DNA of 64,000 nucleotides from an uncultured Chloroflexia bacterium (GTDB lineage Bacteria; Chloroflexota; Dehalococcoidia; UBA2979). The notes beneath the pieces are model-generated. The model made no database searches, had not been told where the DNA came from, and saw only the letters and a program-made list of their open reading frames with translations. Location of the stretch: the NCBI GenBank assembly GCA_963728205.1, contig CAVSIV010000002.1, positions 630,976-694,975 of the forward strand, read 5' to 3'. Both the position numbers and the translations under genes were made by a program. How positions within the stretch are numbered: the stretch's first letter is position 1; each line of letters opens with the position of its first letter. Shown one piece after another: positions 9,535 through 20,179 of the stretch.

Positions 9535-11428
9535 AGCCGGGGATCGCTTCGCCGCCCTGCGCGAGCGCGCGGAGGCCGTCTACGCCGCCTGGCGCAGCCC
9601 CGAGCGGCCGCGCATCGACGTCGCCGACGAGACCTCGTCGCGCGCGAACGGCGCGGAGGCGACGCGGGTCGCGCTCGAGGCGCTGGCCGAGCAGCGCGGC
9701 GCGGCGGTCGACTTCGGCCGCAACCACGGGTATGGCATGCAGTGGCTGCAGCCGCTGGTCACGATCACGTGGCCGGACGGCGCGAGCGTCATCTACGGCC
9801 CGGTCACGCCCGACAACGCGGCGCTGATCCTCGACGAAGCCACCGGGCGCGTGGGCGCCGCGGCGGAGCTGGCGATCGGGGTGCTCGCCGGCGACCGCCC
9901 CGGCATCCCGAGCATCCGCGAGCACCCGTTCTTCGCGTGCGAGCCGCGCGAGCGGCGGCTGCTGCGCAACATCGGGCTGACCGACCCGGAGTCGCTCGAG
10001 CACTACATCGGCACGGGCGGCTACCGCGCCGCCGCGCGCATGCTCGACCGCCACCTCTCGCCCGAGGACGTGCGCAAGATGCTCGCCGACGCGGCGATCA
10101 CCGGGCGCGGCGGCGCCTACTTCAACACCGGTGTGAAGTGGAACTTCCTTGCGGGCGCGTCGACGAGCGAGCGCTACGTCGTCTGCAACGCCGACGAGGG
10201 CGACCCCGGCGCGTGGGTCAATCGCGTCGTCCTGGAGGGCGACCCGCACCTGCTGCTCGAGGGCATGCTCATCGGCGGCTTCGCGATGGGCGCGACGCAC
10301 GGCTTCATCTACATTCGCGACGAGTACCCGCTGGGCGTCGCCCGCGTGCAGCAGGCGATCCGCCAGGCAGAGGCGGCCGGGCTGCTCGGCGACGACATCC
10401 TGGGGACGGGCCTGAGCTACCACCTGCGCGTGATCCGCGGCGCCGGCGCCTACGTGTGCGGCGACGAGACGGGACTGCTGTCGTCGATCTCCGACGCGCG
10501 CGGGATGCCGCGCATCAAGCCGCCGTTCCCGGCCGCGTCCGGCGTCTTCTACCAGCCGTCGAACGTGAACAACACCGAGACGTACTCGAACGTCCCGTTC
10601 GTGCTGCGGCACGGACCGGAGTGGTACCACCAGCTGGGAACCGAGGAGATGCGCGGGACGCGCCTCTTCACGTTCTCCGGGGAGATCGAGCGGACGGGCT
10701 TCATGGAGCTGCCGTTCGGCACGCAGCTCACCGACGTCCTCGCGGCGTGCGGCGGCATCTCCGGCGGCGGGCGGCTGGGGTCGCTGCAGTCGGGCGGGCC
10801 GCTCGGGTCGCTGCTGCCGGGCGCGCTGCTGCCGACCCTGAACACGACGCTCAACGCGTTCCGCGCCCACGGGGGCTCGATGGGCTCCGGCGGCATGGTG
10901 TTCCTGTCCGACCGCGCGTGCCCGATCCACCTCAACGAGTTCATCTCCGAGTTCGTCGAGGAGGAGTCGTGCGGGCGGTGCACGACCTGTCATGGCGGCA
11001 ACCAGCGCATGACCGAGATCTTCCGACGCGCGATCGGGGGCGGCGGGCGGCGCGAAGACCGGTACAACCTCGAGCTCATCGACCGCACGATTCAGCAGTC
11101 GAACTGCCAGCACGGCCAGCTCAGCCCGACGGTGATGCGCAACACCCTGCGCCACTTCTCGACGGTGTTCGACGAGCACACGCTCGGCCACCGCTGCGCG
11201 ACGCTGCGCTGCGAGGGGCTCGTGCGCTTCGTGATCGCCGACCAGTCCGACCCGGCGCTGGCGGAGGCGGCCGACATCTGCCCGGTGGAGGCGATCCGCG
11301 GGGTCGAGGGCCGGCGCTGGATCGACGACGACGCCTGCATCCGCTGCGGGGCCTGCGAGGATCTCGCGCCGCGCGGGATTGCGCGGGAAGCGGCGCCCGT
11401 CGCGCCCGTCGTGATTCGGCTCGCGTAA
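9527..11428 (+). CDS. NuoF/HydB-like FMN/NADH-binding Fe-S subunit with C-terminal ferredoxin domain
   Basis: GRGGAYF, CNADEGDPG, GAGAYVCGDET, NNTET, ESCGRCTTC, C-terminal CPVEAI/CIRCGAC; overlaps the upstream stop codon. Confidence 0.92.
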   Translation: MTEAGDRFAALRERAEAVYAAWRSPERPRIDVADETSSRANGAEATRVALEALAEQRGAAVDFGRNHGYGMQWLQPLVTITWPDGASVIYGPVTPDNAALILDEATGRVGAAAELAIGVLAGDRPGIPSIREHPFFACEPRERRLLRNIGLTDPESLEHYIGTGGYRAAARMLDRHLSPEDVRKMLADAAITGRGGAYFNTGVKWNFLAGASTSERYVVCNADEGDPGAWVNRVVLEGDPHLLLEGMLIGGFAMGATHGFIYIRDEYPLGVARVQQAIRQAEAAGLLGDDILGTGLSYHLRVIRGAGAYVCGDETGLLSSISDARGMPRIKPPFPAASGVFYQPSNVNNTETYSNVPFVLRHGPEWYHQLGTEEMRGTRLFTFSGEIERTGFMELPFGTQLTDVLAACGGISGGGRLGSLQSGGPLGSLLPGALLPTLNTTLNAFRAHGGSMGSGGMVFLSDRACPIHLNEFISEFVEEESCGRCTTCHGGNQRMTEIFRRAIGGGGRREDRYNLELIDRTIQQSNCQHGQLSPTVMRNTLRHFSTVFDEHTLGHRCATLRCEGLVRFVIADQSDPALAEAADICPVEAIRGVEGRRWIDDDACIRCGACEDLAPRGIAREAAPVAPVVIRLA

Positions 11429-11645
11429 GCGACGGGGGCGCGGTGGCGCCCGCGTGTGTTCCTTCCGTTTACGGTCGAGCCCGAGACTCCGCCCGAGCCG
11501 GTTCGAGCGGCAGCCGGGAGGGTGCCGATCATGGGGCGCGCGGCGCGATCCCATCGCTGCCGCTGCGGGCTCGACGGATGCTGCGCATGTGCGCGTCGCC
11601 GCTCGCTAACCCCCGTCGCCGGCTGCACGGCCGCGAGGGGGCGCG

Positions 11646-12890
11646 GTGACGGACGGGCGCGCGCGCGTCTGGCTGCAGGTCGCGCTCTTCGTGGGGCTGC
11701 TCGGGATGCCCGACGGGGCGCTGGGGGTGCTTTGGCCGTCGCTCCGCGCGACGTTCGAGCGGCCCGTGGGGGACCTCTGGATGCTCGCGGCGGCGGGGAC
11801 GGCGCTCTACGTCGCCGGGAGCGTGCTCACGGGAGCCGGCGCGCGCCGCTTCGGGCAGGGCGGCTTCGTGGCGGGTGCAACCGTCACCGCCGTCGCGGGG
11901 TACGCGCTGTGGCTGCTCTCGCCGGCGTGGCTCGTCGTGATCGTCGCCGTCGCGGCGACGGGGTTCGCGCGCGGAGCCGTCGACGCCGCCGCGAACGCCG
12001 ACGCCGCCCTGGCGAGCGGCGCGGCGACGCTGGGGTTGATCCACGCCAGCTACGGCCTCGGTGCGACGGCCGCCCCGCTGCTGGCGACGCCGCTGCTGCG
12101 CGCCGCGGGGTGGCGCGGGGTGGTGGCGCTGCTGGTGGCGGTGAGCGCCGCGTGCGCGGCCGCGGCCGTTCGCCTGCGCGGCCGCTGGGACACGCCGGCG
12201 GCCGCGGACGGGGCCAGCGCCGGCGCCGGCGCGACGACCGCTGCGGGCGCGACGCGCGACCCGCGCCCGGCGGGCCAGGCGGAACCGGCCGCCCCCACCG
12301 CGACGCCGGCCCGCGCGCGGCGCGGCGTGCTCGGGGCGACGCTCCTCGCGTTCGTCGTCTACGTCGCGGTGGAGACGTCGGTCGGCGCGTGGGCGTTCAG
12401 CGTGCTGCGCGAGGGGCGCGGCGTCGGCCTGGCGTGGGCGGGGCCGCTGACCGCGAGCTACTGGGGGGCGCTGACCGCGGGGCGCGTGCTGCTCTGGGCG
12501 GGCGGGCGGCGCGCCGGGGCGCGGTTGCTGCACGCGTCGGCGCTGCTCGCGCTCGGGGGGCTCGTGCTGTTCTGGGGCGACCCGTTCGGCGCCGGCGCGG
12601 TCGGGCTCGCGGTGACGGGGCTCGGCTTCGGGCCGATCTTTCCTCTGCTCGTCGCGCTGATCCCGGCGCGGCTGGGCGCCGCGCGCGCGACCTCCGGCGT
12701 CGGGCTCGCCGTCGGCGCGTCGTCGCTCGGGGGGCCGCTGGGCGCGGCGGGCATCGGCGCGCTCGCGAACCGCGGCGGGCTGGCGGCGGTGCCGGCCGCG
12801 TTCGTGGCGATGGGGTGTGCGCTGGTGCTCGTCGAGTTCGCGCTGGGACGGGTCGCCGACGGCCCGCGGCGGGCGGCGAACGTCGCCTGA
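11646..12890 (+). CDS. MFS transporter
   Basis: About 12 hydrophobic segments; LGMPDGALGVLWPSLR, GAVDAAAN, H..YGLGA, YVAVE, GPIFP. Confidence 0.85.
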   Translation: MTDGRARVWLQVALFVGLLGMPDGALGVLWPSLRATFERPVGDLWMLAAAGTALYVAGSVLTGAGARRFGQGGFVAGATVTAVAGYALWLLSPAWLVVIVAVAATGFARGAVDAAANADAALASGAATLGLIHASYGLGATAAPLLATPLLRAAGWRGVVALLVAVSAACAAAAVRLRGRWDTPAAADGASAGAGATTAAGATRDPRPAGQAEPAAPTATPARARRGVLGATLLAFVVYVAVETSVGAWAFSVLREGRGVGLAWAGPLTASYWGALTAGRVLLWAGGRRAGARLLHASALLALGGLVLFWGDPFGAGAVGLAVTGLGFGPIFPLLVALIPARLGAARATSGVGLAVGASSLGGPLGAAGIGALANRGGLAAVPAAFVAMGCALVLVEFALGRVADGPRRAANVA

Positions 12891-13015
12891 GGGCGCGCGG
12901 CGGCGCCCCGGGCACGCGCGGCCTGGCGCGAGCGCGGACGACTCCATCCGCCCGCCGAACCACTTACCCGCTGACACAGGTTCGCGTTAGACTGGGGGCC
13001 GTCTCCCCGGGAAAC

Positions 13016-15637
13016 GTGACGGGCATCGTGGCCACCCCGGCCCGCCGGCAGTATCTCGACCTCAAGGCGCAGCACCCCGACGCGGTGCTGCTCTTTCGCA
13101 TGGGCGATTTCTACGAGACGTTCGACGCGGACGCCGAGCTCGCTGCGCGCGTGCTCGGCATCGCGCTGACCTCGCGGCCGATGGGGCGCAGCGAGGGGCG
13201 CATCCCGCTCGCCGGGATCCCGTACCACCAACTCGAGCGGTACCTCGACCGGCTCGTCAGCGCCGGGCATCGCGTCGCGATCGTGGAGCAGGTGAGCGAG
13301 CCGGGGCAGGGGCTCGTGGAGCGCCGGGTCGTGCGCGTGGTGACGCCGGGGACGGTCGACGCCGGGGTGCTGCTCACGGAGCGCGGGCACAACTGGCTCG
13401 TCGCGCTGGCGCCCGGCGGCGAGGAGCGCTGGGGCATCGCGGCGTGCGACGTCACGACCGGCGAGCTCGAGCTGCAGGTGATCGCGGCCGCGGAGCTCGC
13501 CGGCGAGCTGGCGCGCCTCGCGCCGCGCGAGGTTGTGGCCCCGGAGGGCGTCGACCCCTTCGCGGGGCAGGCCGAGCGGGTCGCGCTGCTCACGGCGCGG
13601 CCGGCGCGGCAGTTCCGGCCGGAGCGCGCCGCCGATGCGCTGGCCGAGCGGCTCGGCGTGGCCGGGCTGGGCGGGTTCGGGCTCGAGGGGCTGGACGCGG
13701 CCGTCGGCGCCGCGGGGGGGCTGCTCGGCTATCTCGAGGAGAGCTGGCCGCAGGCGCTGGCCCACCTGCGTGCGCCGCGCGCGGTGCGCGCCGGCGATCA
13801 CGTCTACCTCGACCCACAGACGCGACGGAACCTCGAGCTGTTCGCGCCGGGGCGCGCCGGCGGCGCCGCGGGCGGGTCGCTGCTGGAGACGCTGGACCGC
13901 ACGCTGACGCCGATGGGCGCGCGTCTGCTGCGCGCGCGGCTGGGGCGGCCGCTGCGGCGGCGCGCCGAGGCCGAGGCGCGGCTGGAGGAGGTCGCGTGCC
14001 TGGTCGACGCGGGCCGCGCGCGCGACGCGCTGCGAGCGGAGCTGCGCGGGCTCCCGGACCTCGAGCGGCTGCTCGGGCGCGTGCGCGCCGGCGGCGCCAC
14101 TGCGCGGCAGCTCGTGCAGCTGCGGCGCGGCCTCGAGCGGCTGCCGGCTGCGCGCGCGGCCGCCGACGCCGCCGGGCCGGCCGCGCGCGCGATCGCGGAG
14201 CACGGCCTGCCGGCCGCCGGCGGCGCCGCGGAGGTCGCGGCGTCGGTCGCCGCCGCGCTGGCGGACGACCCGCCGGCGGAGCTCGAGGACGGCGGCACCG
14301 TGCGCGCGGGCTTCGACGCCGAGGTCGACCGCCTGCGCGGGCTGGCGACCGACGCGCGCAGCGCCCTCGCGCGGCTCGAGGCCGCAGAGCGGGCGCGCAG
14401 CGGGCTCTCGGTGAAGGTCGGCTACCACCGCGTGTTCGGCTACTACCTCGAGTTGCCGCGCGCGCAGGCCGAGCGCGCGCCGGCGGATTACGAGCCGCGC
14501 CAGACGCTGTCGAACGCGCAGCGCTTCCGCTTCGCTGCGCTCTCGGAGCTCGAGGCCGAGATCCTGGGCGCGAAGGACGCGCTGCTCGCAGCGGAGCGCG
14601 GCGTGGTCGAGCGGCTGCGCGAGCAGATCGCGGCGGCGGGGCCGGCGATCGAGCGCGCGGCCGAGGCGCTGGCGCGGCTGGACGTGGCGGCGGCGCTCGC
14701 GGAGCTGGCGGTGGATGCGCGCTACGCGCGGCCGGCGCTGACCGAGGGCGGCCCGCTGGAGGTCGCCGGCGGGCGGCACCCCGTGGTCGAGCAGCGGCTG
14801 GAGGCGGGCGCGTTCGTGCCGAACGACGTCGCGCTGGGCGCCGATGCCGACGTCGTGGTGCTCACCGGTCCGAACATGGCGGGGAAGTCGACGTACCTGC
14901 GCCAGACGGCGCTGATCGCGCTGCTTGCGCAGTGCGGGTCCTTCGTGCCGGCGGACCGCGCGACGGTGCCCATGGTCGACCGCATCTTCTCGCGGGTCGG
15001 CGCGCAGGACGACATCGCGGCCGGGCAGTCGACGTTCATGGTCGAGATGCTCGAGACGGCGACGATCCTGCACAACGCGACGGAGCGGTCGCTGGTGGTG
15101 CTCGACGAGGTGGGGCGCGGGACGTCGACCTACGACGGCCTGGCGATCGCACGCGCGGTGATCGAGTACCTGCACCACCGGCCGGGCGGCACACCGCTGA
15201 CGCTGTTCGCGACGCACTACCACGAGCTGACCGCGCTGGCGCGGACGTTGCCGCGGGTCGCGAACCGCTCGGTGGCGGTGCGCGAGGAGGCGGGCGAGGT
15301 CGTGTTCCTGCATCGCATCGTGGATGGCGGCGCGGACCGCTCGTACGGCGTGCACGTCGCGGCGCTGGCCGGGCTGCCGCGGGCGGTGGTGGCGCGGGCG
15401 CGCGAGCTGCTGGCGGAGCTGGAGCATGGCGTGCCGGCGACGGCCGCGACCGTGACGGACGGCGAGGCGGTGGCCGCGGACGCCGGCGAGCAGCTGTCGC
15501 TGGCGGCGGCCGAGGGGGCGGCGCTGCTCGCGGACCTTGCGGCGCTCGAGCCGGACGCGCTGAGCCCGCTCGAGGCGCTCCAGCGGCTCTACGAGCTGCG
15601 CGCGGACGCCCGGCGGCGCCTGGCGCTGGAGGACTGA
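13016..15637 (+). CDS. mutS: DNA mismatch repair protein MutS
   Basis: TP..RQY..LK, FRMGDFYE, GPNMAGKSTYLRQ, STFMVEM, DEVGRGTST, FATHYHEL, SYGVHVA; the true start is ~13016, not 11456. Confidence 0.97.
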   Translation: MTGIVATPARRQYLDLKAQHPDAVLLFRMGDFYETFDADAELAARVLGIALTSRPMGRSEGRIPLAGIPYHQLERYLDRLVSAGHRVAIVEQVSEPGQGLVERRVVRVVTPGTVDAGVLLTERGHNWLVALAPGGEERWGIAACDVTTGELELQVIAAAELAGELARLAPREVVAPEGVDPFAGQAERVALLTARPARQFRPERAADALAERLGVAGLGGFGLEGLDAAVGAAGGLLGYLEESWPQALAHLRAPRAVRAGDHVYLDPQTRRNLELFAPGRAGGAAGGSLLETLDRTLTPMGARLLRARLGRPLRRRAEAEARLEEVACLVDAGRARDALRAELRGLPDLERLLGRVRAGGATARQLVQLRRGLERLPAARAAADAAGPAARAIAEHGLPAAGGAAEVAASVAAALADDPPAELEDGGTVRAGFDAEVDRLRGLATDARSALARLEAAERARSGLSVKVGYHRVFGYYLELPRAQAERAPADYEPRQTLSNAQRFRFAALSELEAEILGAKDALLAAERGVVERLREQIAAAGPAIERAAEALARLDVAAALAELAVDARYARPALTEGGPLEVAGGRHPVVEQRLEAGAFVPNDVALGADADVVVLTGPNMAGKSTYLRQTALIALLAQCGSFVPADRATVPMVDRIFSRVGAQDDIAAGQSTFMVEMLETATILHNATERSLVVLDEVGRGTSTYDGLAIARAVIEYLHHRPGGTPLTLFATHYHELTALARTLPRVANRSVAVREEAGEVVFLHRIVDGGADRSYGVHVAALAGLPRAVVARARELLAELEHGVPATAATVTDGEAVAADAGEQLSLAAAEGAALLADLAALEPDALSPLEALQRLYELRADARRRLALED

Positions 15638-15677
15638 GATGGCGGCGCGTGCGGTGGGGCGCGGCGCGGCGCGGGGA

Positions 15678-17142
15678 TCAGCGCGCGGCCGGCGTGCCGA
15701 TCCCGTAGCCGGTGTTCGCGGGAATCGGGACGCGGGTCGGCGTCGGGCCGGGCGTGCCGGCGCCGGACGCGACCGGACCGACCGGCGCGCCGGCACCGGA
15801 GCGCGACGTCCCGGGGGCCCCCAGCCCGTACAACGGCGCGTCGAGCGCGCCGGCGAGATCGAGCAGCCCGGAGGAATCGATGGTCGCCGTCTCCGAGCCC
15901 ATGATCAGGCTGCGCACGAGCGGCGGGCGCAGACCGGGATGCGTCGAGAGGATGAGCGCGGCCGCGCCGGCGACGACCGGAGCGGCGAACGAGGTGCCGG
16001 TGGCGTAGGCATAGGGACCGTCCTCGCAGAACCAGCCGCGGCGGCCGCACATCGCCTGCGGGACGGTCGAAAGCAGCCGGCGGCCCGGCGCGAAGACGTC
16101 GACGCGTCCGCCGAAGTTCGAGAACTCCGCCGGGGCCGTGTAGTCGATGCCGTTGGTCCCCACGCGGCCGCTCGCCGCGACGGCGATCACGCCGGGGTAG
16201 GCGGCGGGGTAGGTCACGACGTCGGCGCCGTCGTTGCCGGCGGAGGCGACCACGGTCACGCCCTGCGCGAGCGCCTCTTCGACGGCGTCGCGCAGCACGG
16301 ACGAGTCGCGGCGGCTGCCGAACGAGATGTTGATCACGTTCGCGCCGCGCTGCACGGCGTAGCGGATGCCGGCCGCGGCGTCGGCGATGCGGCCGGTCGC
16401 GGTGCAGTCGAGCACCTTCACCGGCAGGATGTGCACGTTCCACGCCACGCCGGTGATACCGCGGCCGTTGTCGCCCTGGGCGGCAGCGATGCCGGCGACG
16501 AAGGAGCCATGGCCCTCGTCGTCCTGGACGAGCCCGTTGGGGGGCGCGGCGGTGTAGCCGCAGGAGGGGTCGGCGGTGTCGAGCGAGACGAAGTTGCAGC
16601 CGACGATGTCGTCCGGGCAGCCGTTGCCGTCGGAGTCCTGGCCGTTCACGCGCTCGCGCGTGTTGTAGTCGAGGCGGCCGGCGAGAATCCGGGTGCGTGA
16701 AGTCGATCCCGCTGTCGATCACCGCGATCACGACGCCGGGGTCGCCGGTCGTGCGGTCCCAGGCGGCCGGGGCGTGGATCGCCTGCAGGTAGTCCGACTG
16801 CTCGGGGTAGCGCGTGTCGTTTGGCACGGCCGCGGCGTGCAGGACGCCGTCGGCCTCGACGTCGCGGGCGAGGCCGCTCGCGGCCAGCCGGGCGGCGAGC
16901 GCGCGAGCGTCGGTGCCGTGTGGGACGGCGACGCGCACCGCCTCGGCGAGCGCCGGGGTCGGCGGGAGCGCGTAGCCGCGGGCGGCGAGGGCGACGTGGA
17001 GGGCGGCGATGGGCAGGCCGGCGCGCGGCTGGACCAGCAGGAGGTCGGCGTTCGCGGGGGGTGCGAGCACGCGGGCGGCCGGCGGGGGCGAGTCGGTGTG
17101 CAGCGCGAAGAGGGCCAGCGCCGCGAGCGCGGCCGCGGCCAC
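15678..17142 (-). CDS. Secreted subtilisin-like S8 serine peptidase; frameshift at ~16690, start approximate
   Basis: Catalytic D (VIDSG), H (GHGS), oxyanion N (ASAGN), S (GTSFAAP); hydrophobic N-terminus. Confidence 0.88.
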
Positions 17143-17327
17143 GAGCGCGCCGCTGCGCCGGACCAGGAGACGGCCGTGGCGCGCGGTGATCGACAGGGTC
17201 GCCGTCCTGTCCGTACCCCCCGGAGTCCGCTCATGCTAGCCAGCGCCCGATCCCCGGGCAACGACGCGCGCGTGCGATTCATGCGGCTTCGTCATACCCG
17301 CGGTCCGCGCGCGTGGGGCGTCGTGGC

Positions 17328-19193
17328 GTGACGGCCCCGCCGCGGCCGCGCATCGCGGCGCTGCCGCCGGAGGTGGCGGCGCGGATCGCCGCCGGCGAGG
17401 TGATCGAGCGGCCGGCGAGCGTCGTGAAGGAGCTGCTCGAGAACGCGCTCGACGCCGGCGCCGGGCGCATCGAGGTCGAGCTCGCGGCCGGCGGCGTCGA
17501 GCGGCTGCGCGTGCGCGACGACGGCTGCGGCATCCCGCCGGAGCAGGTGGCCGACGCCTTCGAGCGGCATGCGACCTCGAAGCTGCGCAGCGAGCGCGAC
17601 CTCTTCGCGGTCGGGACGCTCGGGTTCCGCGGCGAGGCGCTGGCGGCGATCGCGGCGGCGGCGGAGGTGGACCTGACGACGCGCCCGCCGGGACAGGACG
17701 GGGCGGCGGTCGCGCGGATGCGGGACGGGCGGCTCGCGCACCAGGGCAGCGCGGCGGCGGCGCCGGGGACGACGGTCGACGTGCGCGATCTGTTCGTCGC
17801 ATTGCCGGCGCGCCTGAAGTTCCTGCGCGGGCCCGGGGCGGAGACGCGTGCGGTGGCGGAGGTCGTGGCCGACTACGCGCTGGCGTACCCCGACGTGGCG
17901 TTCCGGCTCGTCGCCGATGGCCGCACGCTCGTGCAGTCGCCGGGGACGGGCGACCCCGTGGAGGCGGTGGCGGCGGTGCACGGGGCGGCGGTCGCGGGGC
18001 AGCTGCTGCCGGTACGCGGGGTGCGCGAGGAGCCGGCCAGCGTGGTCGAGGGAACCGAGGCGCCGGCGCGCGTCGAGGTGCACGGGCTGGTCGGGGCGCC
18101 GTCGCTGCACCGCGCGAGTCGCGGATACATCCATCTCTTCGCGGTCGGGCGAGCGATCCGTTCGCGGGCGCTCGTCCACGCGATCGAGCAGGCGTACGCC
18201 GGGCTGATGCCGGCCGGGCGGCACCCGGTGGCGGTCGTGCACGTGCGGGTGCCGCCGGCGCAGGTCGATGTGAACGTGCACCCGCAGAAGGCGGAGGTGC
18301 GGTTCCGGCACGAGCGGCTCGTGTACGCGGCCGTGGCGGCCGCGGTGCGCGACGCGCTGGCCGGGGCGGCGCTGCCGGACATGGGGCTGCTCGCGCCGGC
18401 GCCGCCGGACGGTGCGCGCGCCTGGCGGGCGGCGGACGGCGACGGCCGCTTCGGCGGCGGCGCGGCGAGCGCCGGCGGCGGCGCGCCGGGGCCCAGCGGG
18501 CACGACGTGATCGCGGCGGCGCGCGCGGCGCCGCTGCTGGCGGGGTCCGGGGTCGGCGAGCCGGTTCGGGACGGGGCGCGCGACGCGGCGGCCCCGGCCG
18601 GCATCCGCGCCGGGATCGGCGCGCTGCGCGCGCTCGGGCAGGTCGACCGCACGTACCTCGTCGCGGAGGGTGCGGACGGGCTCGTGCTCGTCGACCAGCA
18701 CGCCGCGCACGAGCGCGTGCTCTACGAGCGCGTGCTGGCCGCGCGGGCGGCCGGCGAGGTCGCCGCGCAGCCGCTGCTCGCGCCGGCGGTCGTGGAGCTG
18801 AGCCCGGGGCACGCGGCGCTCGTCGACGCGCTGGGCGCGGAGCTGGCGGCGACGGGATGGGCGCTCGAGGCCGCAGACGGCCGCGCGGTGATCGTGCGGG
18901 CGGTGCCGGTCGCGCTCGCGGCGCGGGCGCGCGCCGTGGAGCCCGGGCGTGCGCTCGTCGAGCTGCTCGACCGGATGGAAGCGGAAGAGCGGCTGACGGG
19001 GCCGGACCGCGTGGCGGCGTCGCTGGCGTGCCGCGCGGCGGTGATGGCGGGGGACCCGATGGAGGCGCCACAGCAGCGCGCGCTGCTGCGGGCGCTCGAG
19101 GCGGCCGAGACGCCGCACAGCTGTCCGCATGGGCGGCCCACGGTCGTGCAGATCAGCCGCGAGCGCCTTGCGCGCTCGTTCGGGCGGCGCTAG
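17328..19193 (+). CDS. mutL: DNA mismatch repair endonuclease MutL
   Basis: IAAGEVIERPASVVKELLEN, HATSK, GFRGEAL, DVNVHP.K, DQHAAHERVLYE endonuclease motif, CPHGRP. Confidence 0.97.
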   Translation: MTAPPRPRIAALPPEVAARIAAGEVIERPASVVKELLENALDAGAGRIEVELAAGGVERLRVRDDGCGIPPEQVADAFERHATSKLRSERDLFAVGTLGFRGEALAAIAAAAEVDLTTRPPGQDGAAVARMRDGRLAHQGSAAAAPGTTVDVRDLFVALPARLKFLRGPGAETRAVAEVVADYALAYPDVAFRLVADGRTLVQSPGTGDPVEAVAAVHGAAVAGQLLPVRGVREEPASVVEGTEAPARVEVHGLVGAPSLHRASRGYIHLFAVGRAIRSRALVHAIEQAYAGLMPAGRHPVAVVHVRVPPAQVDVNVHPQKAEVRFRHERLVYAAVAAAVRDALAGAALPDMGLLAPAPPDGARAWRAADGDGRFGGGAASAGGGAPGPSGHDVIAAARAAPLLAGSGVGEPVRDGARDAAAPAGIRAGIGALRALGQVDRTYLVAEGADGLVLVDQHAAHERVLYERVLAARAAGEVAAQPLLAPAVVELSPGHAALVDALGAELAATGWALEAADGRAVIVRAVPVALAARARAVEPGRALVELLDRMEAEERLTGPDRVAASLACRAAVMAGDPMEAPQQRALLRALEAAETPHSCPHGRPTVVQISRERLARSFGRR

Positions 19194-20122
19194 CCGAAGA
19201 GCAGGCGGGCCGCGGTCGCGAGCGCGGGCTCGGCCGGCGGCGCCGGCGGGACGCGCGTGCCCGCCGCGGCCGCGGCGGCGACGACCGCGAGCCAGCCCTC
19301 CACGGGGTCCGCGTCCGCCGGCGTCCGCGCGCCGCGCGCGAGCGCGACGGCCGCCATCACGGACGGCTCCTCGACCGGGAGCAGCAGCGCCCCAGCTCCG
19401 GCGCCGACCGCGGCGGCGGCGTACGCGACCCGCAGCCAGCCGCGCAGCTCGGCCGGGGCGCCGTGTCCGACGTTGCCCACCGCGACGAGCGGCACCGCCG
19501 CGTCGTGCCCCCGCAGCGTGCGCAGCAGGGCGAGCGAGCGCCGCGCGCGCACCGGGTCCAGGGCGGGCGGGTAGGCGAGACAGTCGACATAACACCACCC
19601 GGAGACGCCGGCGGTGCGCGCGGCCGCAACGGCCTCTCGCGCGGACTCCGCGAGTGCGTCGGGGGCCGCGACGCCGTCGCGGTCGAGGTGGCGCGGGGCG
19701 ATCACGAGGTCGGCGCCGTACGCGGCGGCCGCGCGCACGAGCGCCGCGCCGCCCGGCGCACGCACGTCTTCAGCGGGGAGCGCGTTCGCGACCAGCGGGC
19801 CGACGACGCCGGCGCGCGCGCAGGCGTCGAGGGCGGCGGCGAGCGTGGCGGGGTCGGCGGCGTCGAGGAAGAGCGGGACGCCGGGGTGTTCCGGGCGCAG
19901 CAGCGCGGCAGCCCACGCGAGGTCGTCCGCGCGGCCGTCGACGCCGGCGTTGAGGTCGAGCGCGTCGGCACCGGCGTGGACCTGCGCCCCGGCCCGCGCC
20001 CGGAGCGGCGCCGGGGCGCGCCCGGCGAGGGCCGCGGCGAGCGGCTGTCGGTGCAACTCGAGCGACTGACCGACGAGCAGCACGGCGTGCGCGGGGCGCT
20101 CGGTGCGCGAGGGGTCGGGCAT
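19190..20122 (-). CDS. Pterin-binding TIM-barrel protein (AcsE/MetH pterin domain-like, divergent)
   Basis: Q..AGADALDLNAG, PLFLD, LVAN, YVD.L..P, GNVGHG resemble the pterin-binding methyltransferase fold. Confidence 0.65.
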   Translation of the reverse strand: MPDPSRTERPAHAVLLVGQSLELHRQPLAAALAGRAPAPLRARAGAQVHAGADALDLNAGVDGRADDLAWAAALLRPEHPGVPLFLDAADPATLAAALDACARAGVVGPLVANALPAEDVRAPGGAALVRAAAAYGADLVIAPRHLDRDGVAAPDALAESAREAVAAARTAGVSGWCYVDCLAYPPALDPVRARRSLALLRTLRGHDAAVPLVAVGNVGHGAPAELRGWLRVAYAAAAVGAGAGALLLPVEEPSVMAAVALARGARTPADADPVEGWLAVVAAAAAAGTRVPPAPPAEPALATAARLLFG

Positions 20123-20179
20123 GGTGTCGTCCCGTGCCGGCGCGCGCGCCGCGCCGACGGGCGGCGTGCCGCCCGGACC

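Noticed and set aside
11456-13015. Apparent 520-aa N-terminal extension of MutS
   Set aside because: It is an off-frame read-through of the MFS gene; MutS homology starts at ~13016.
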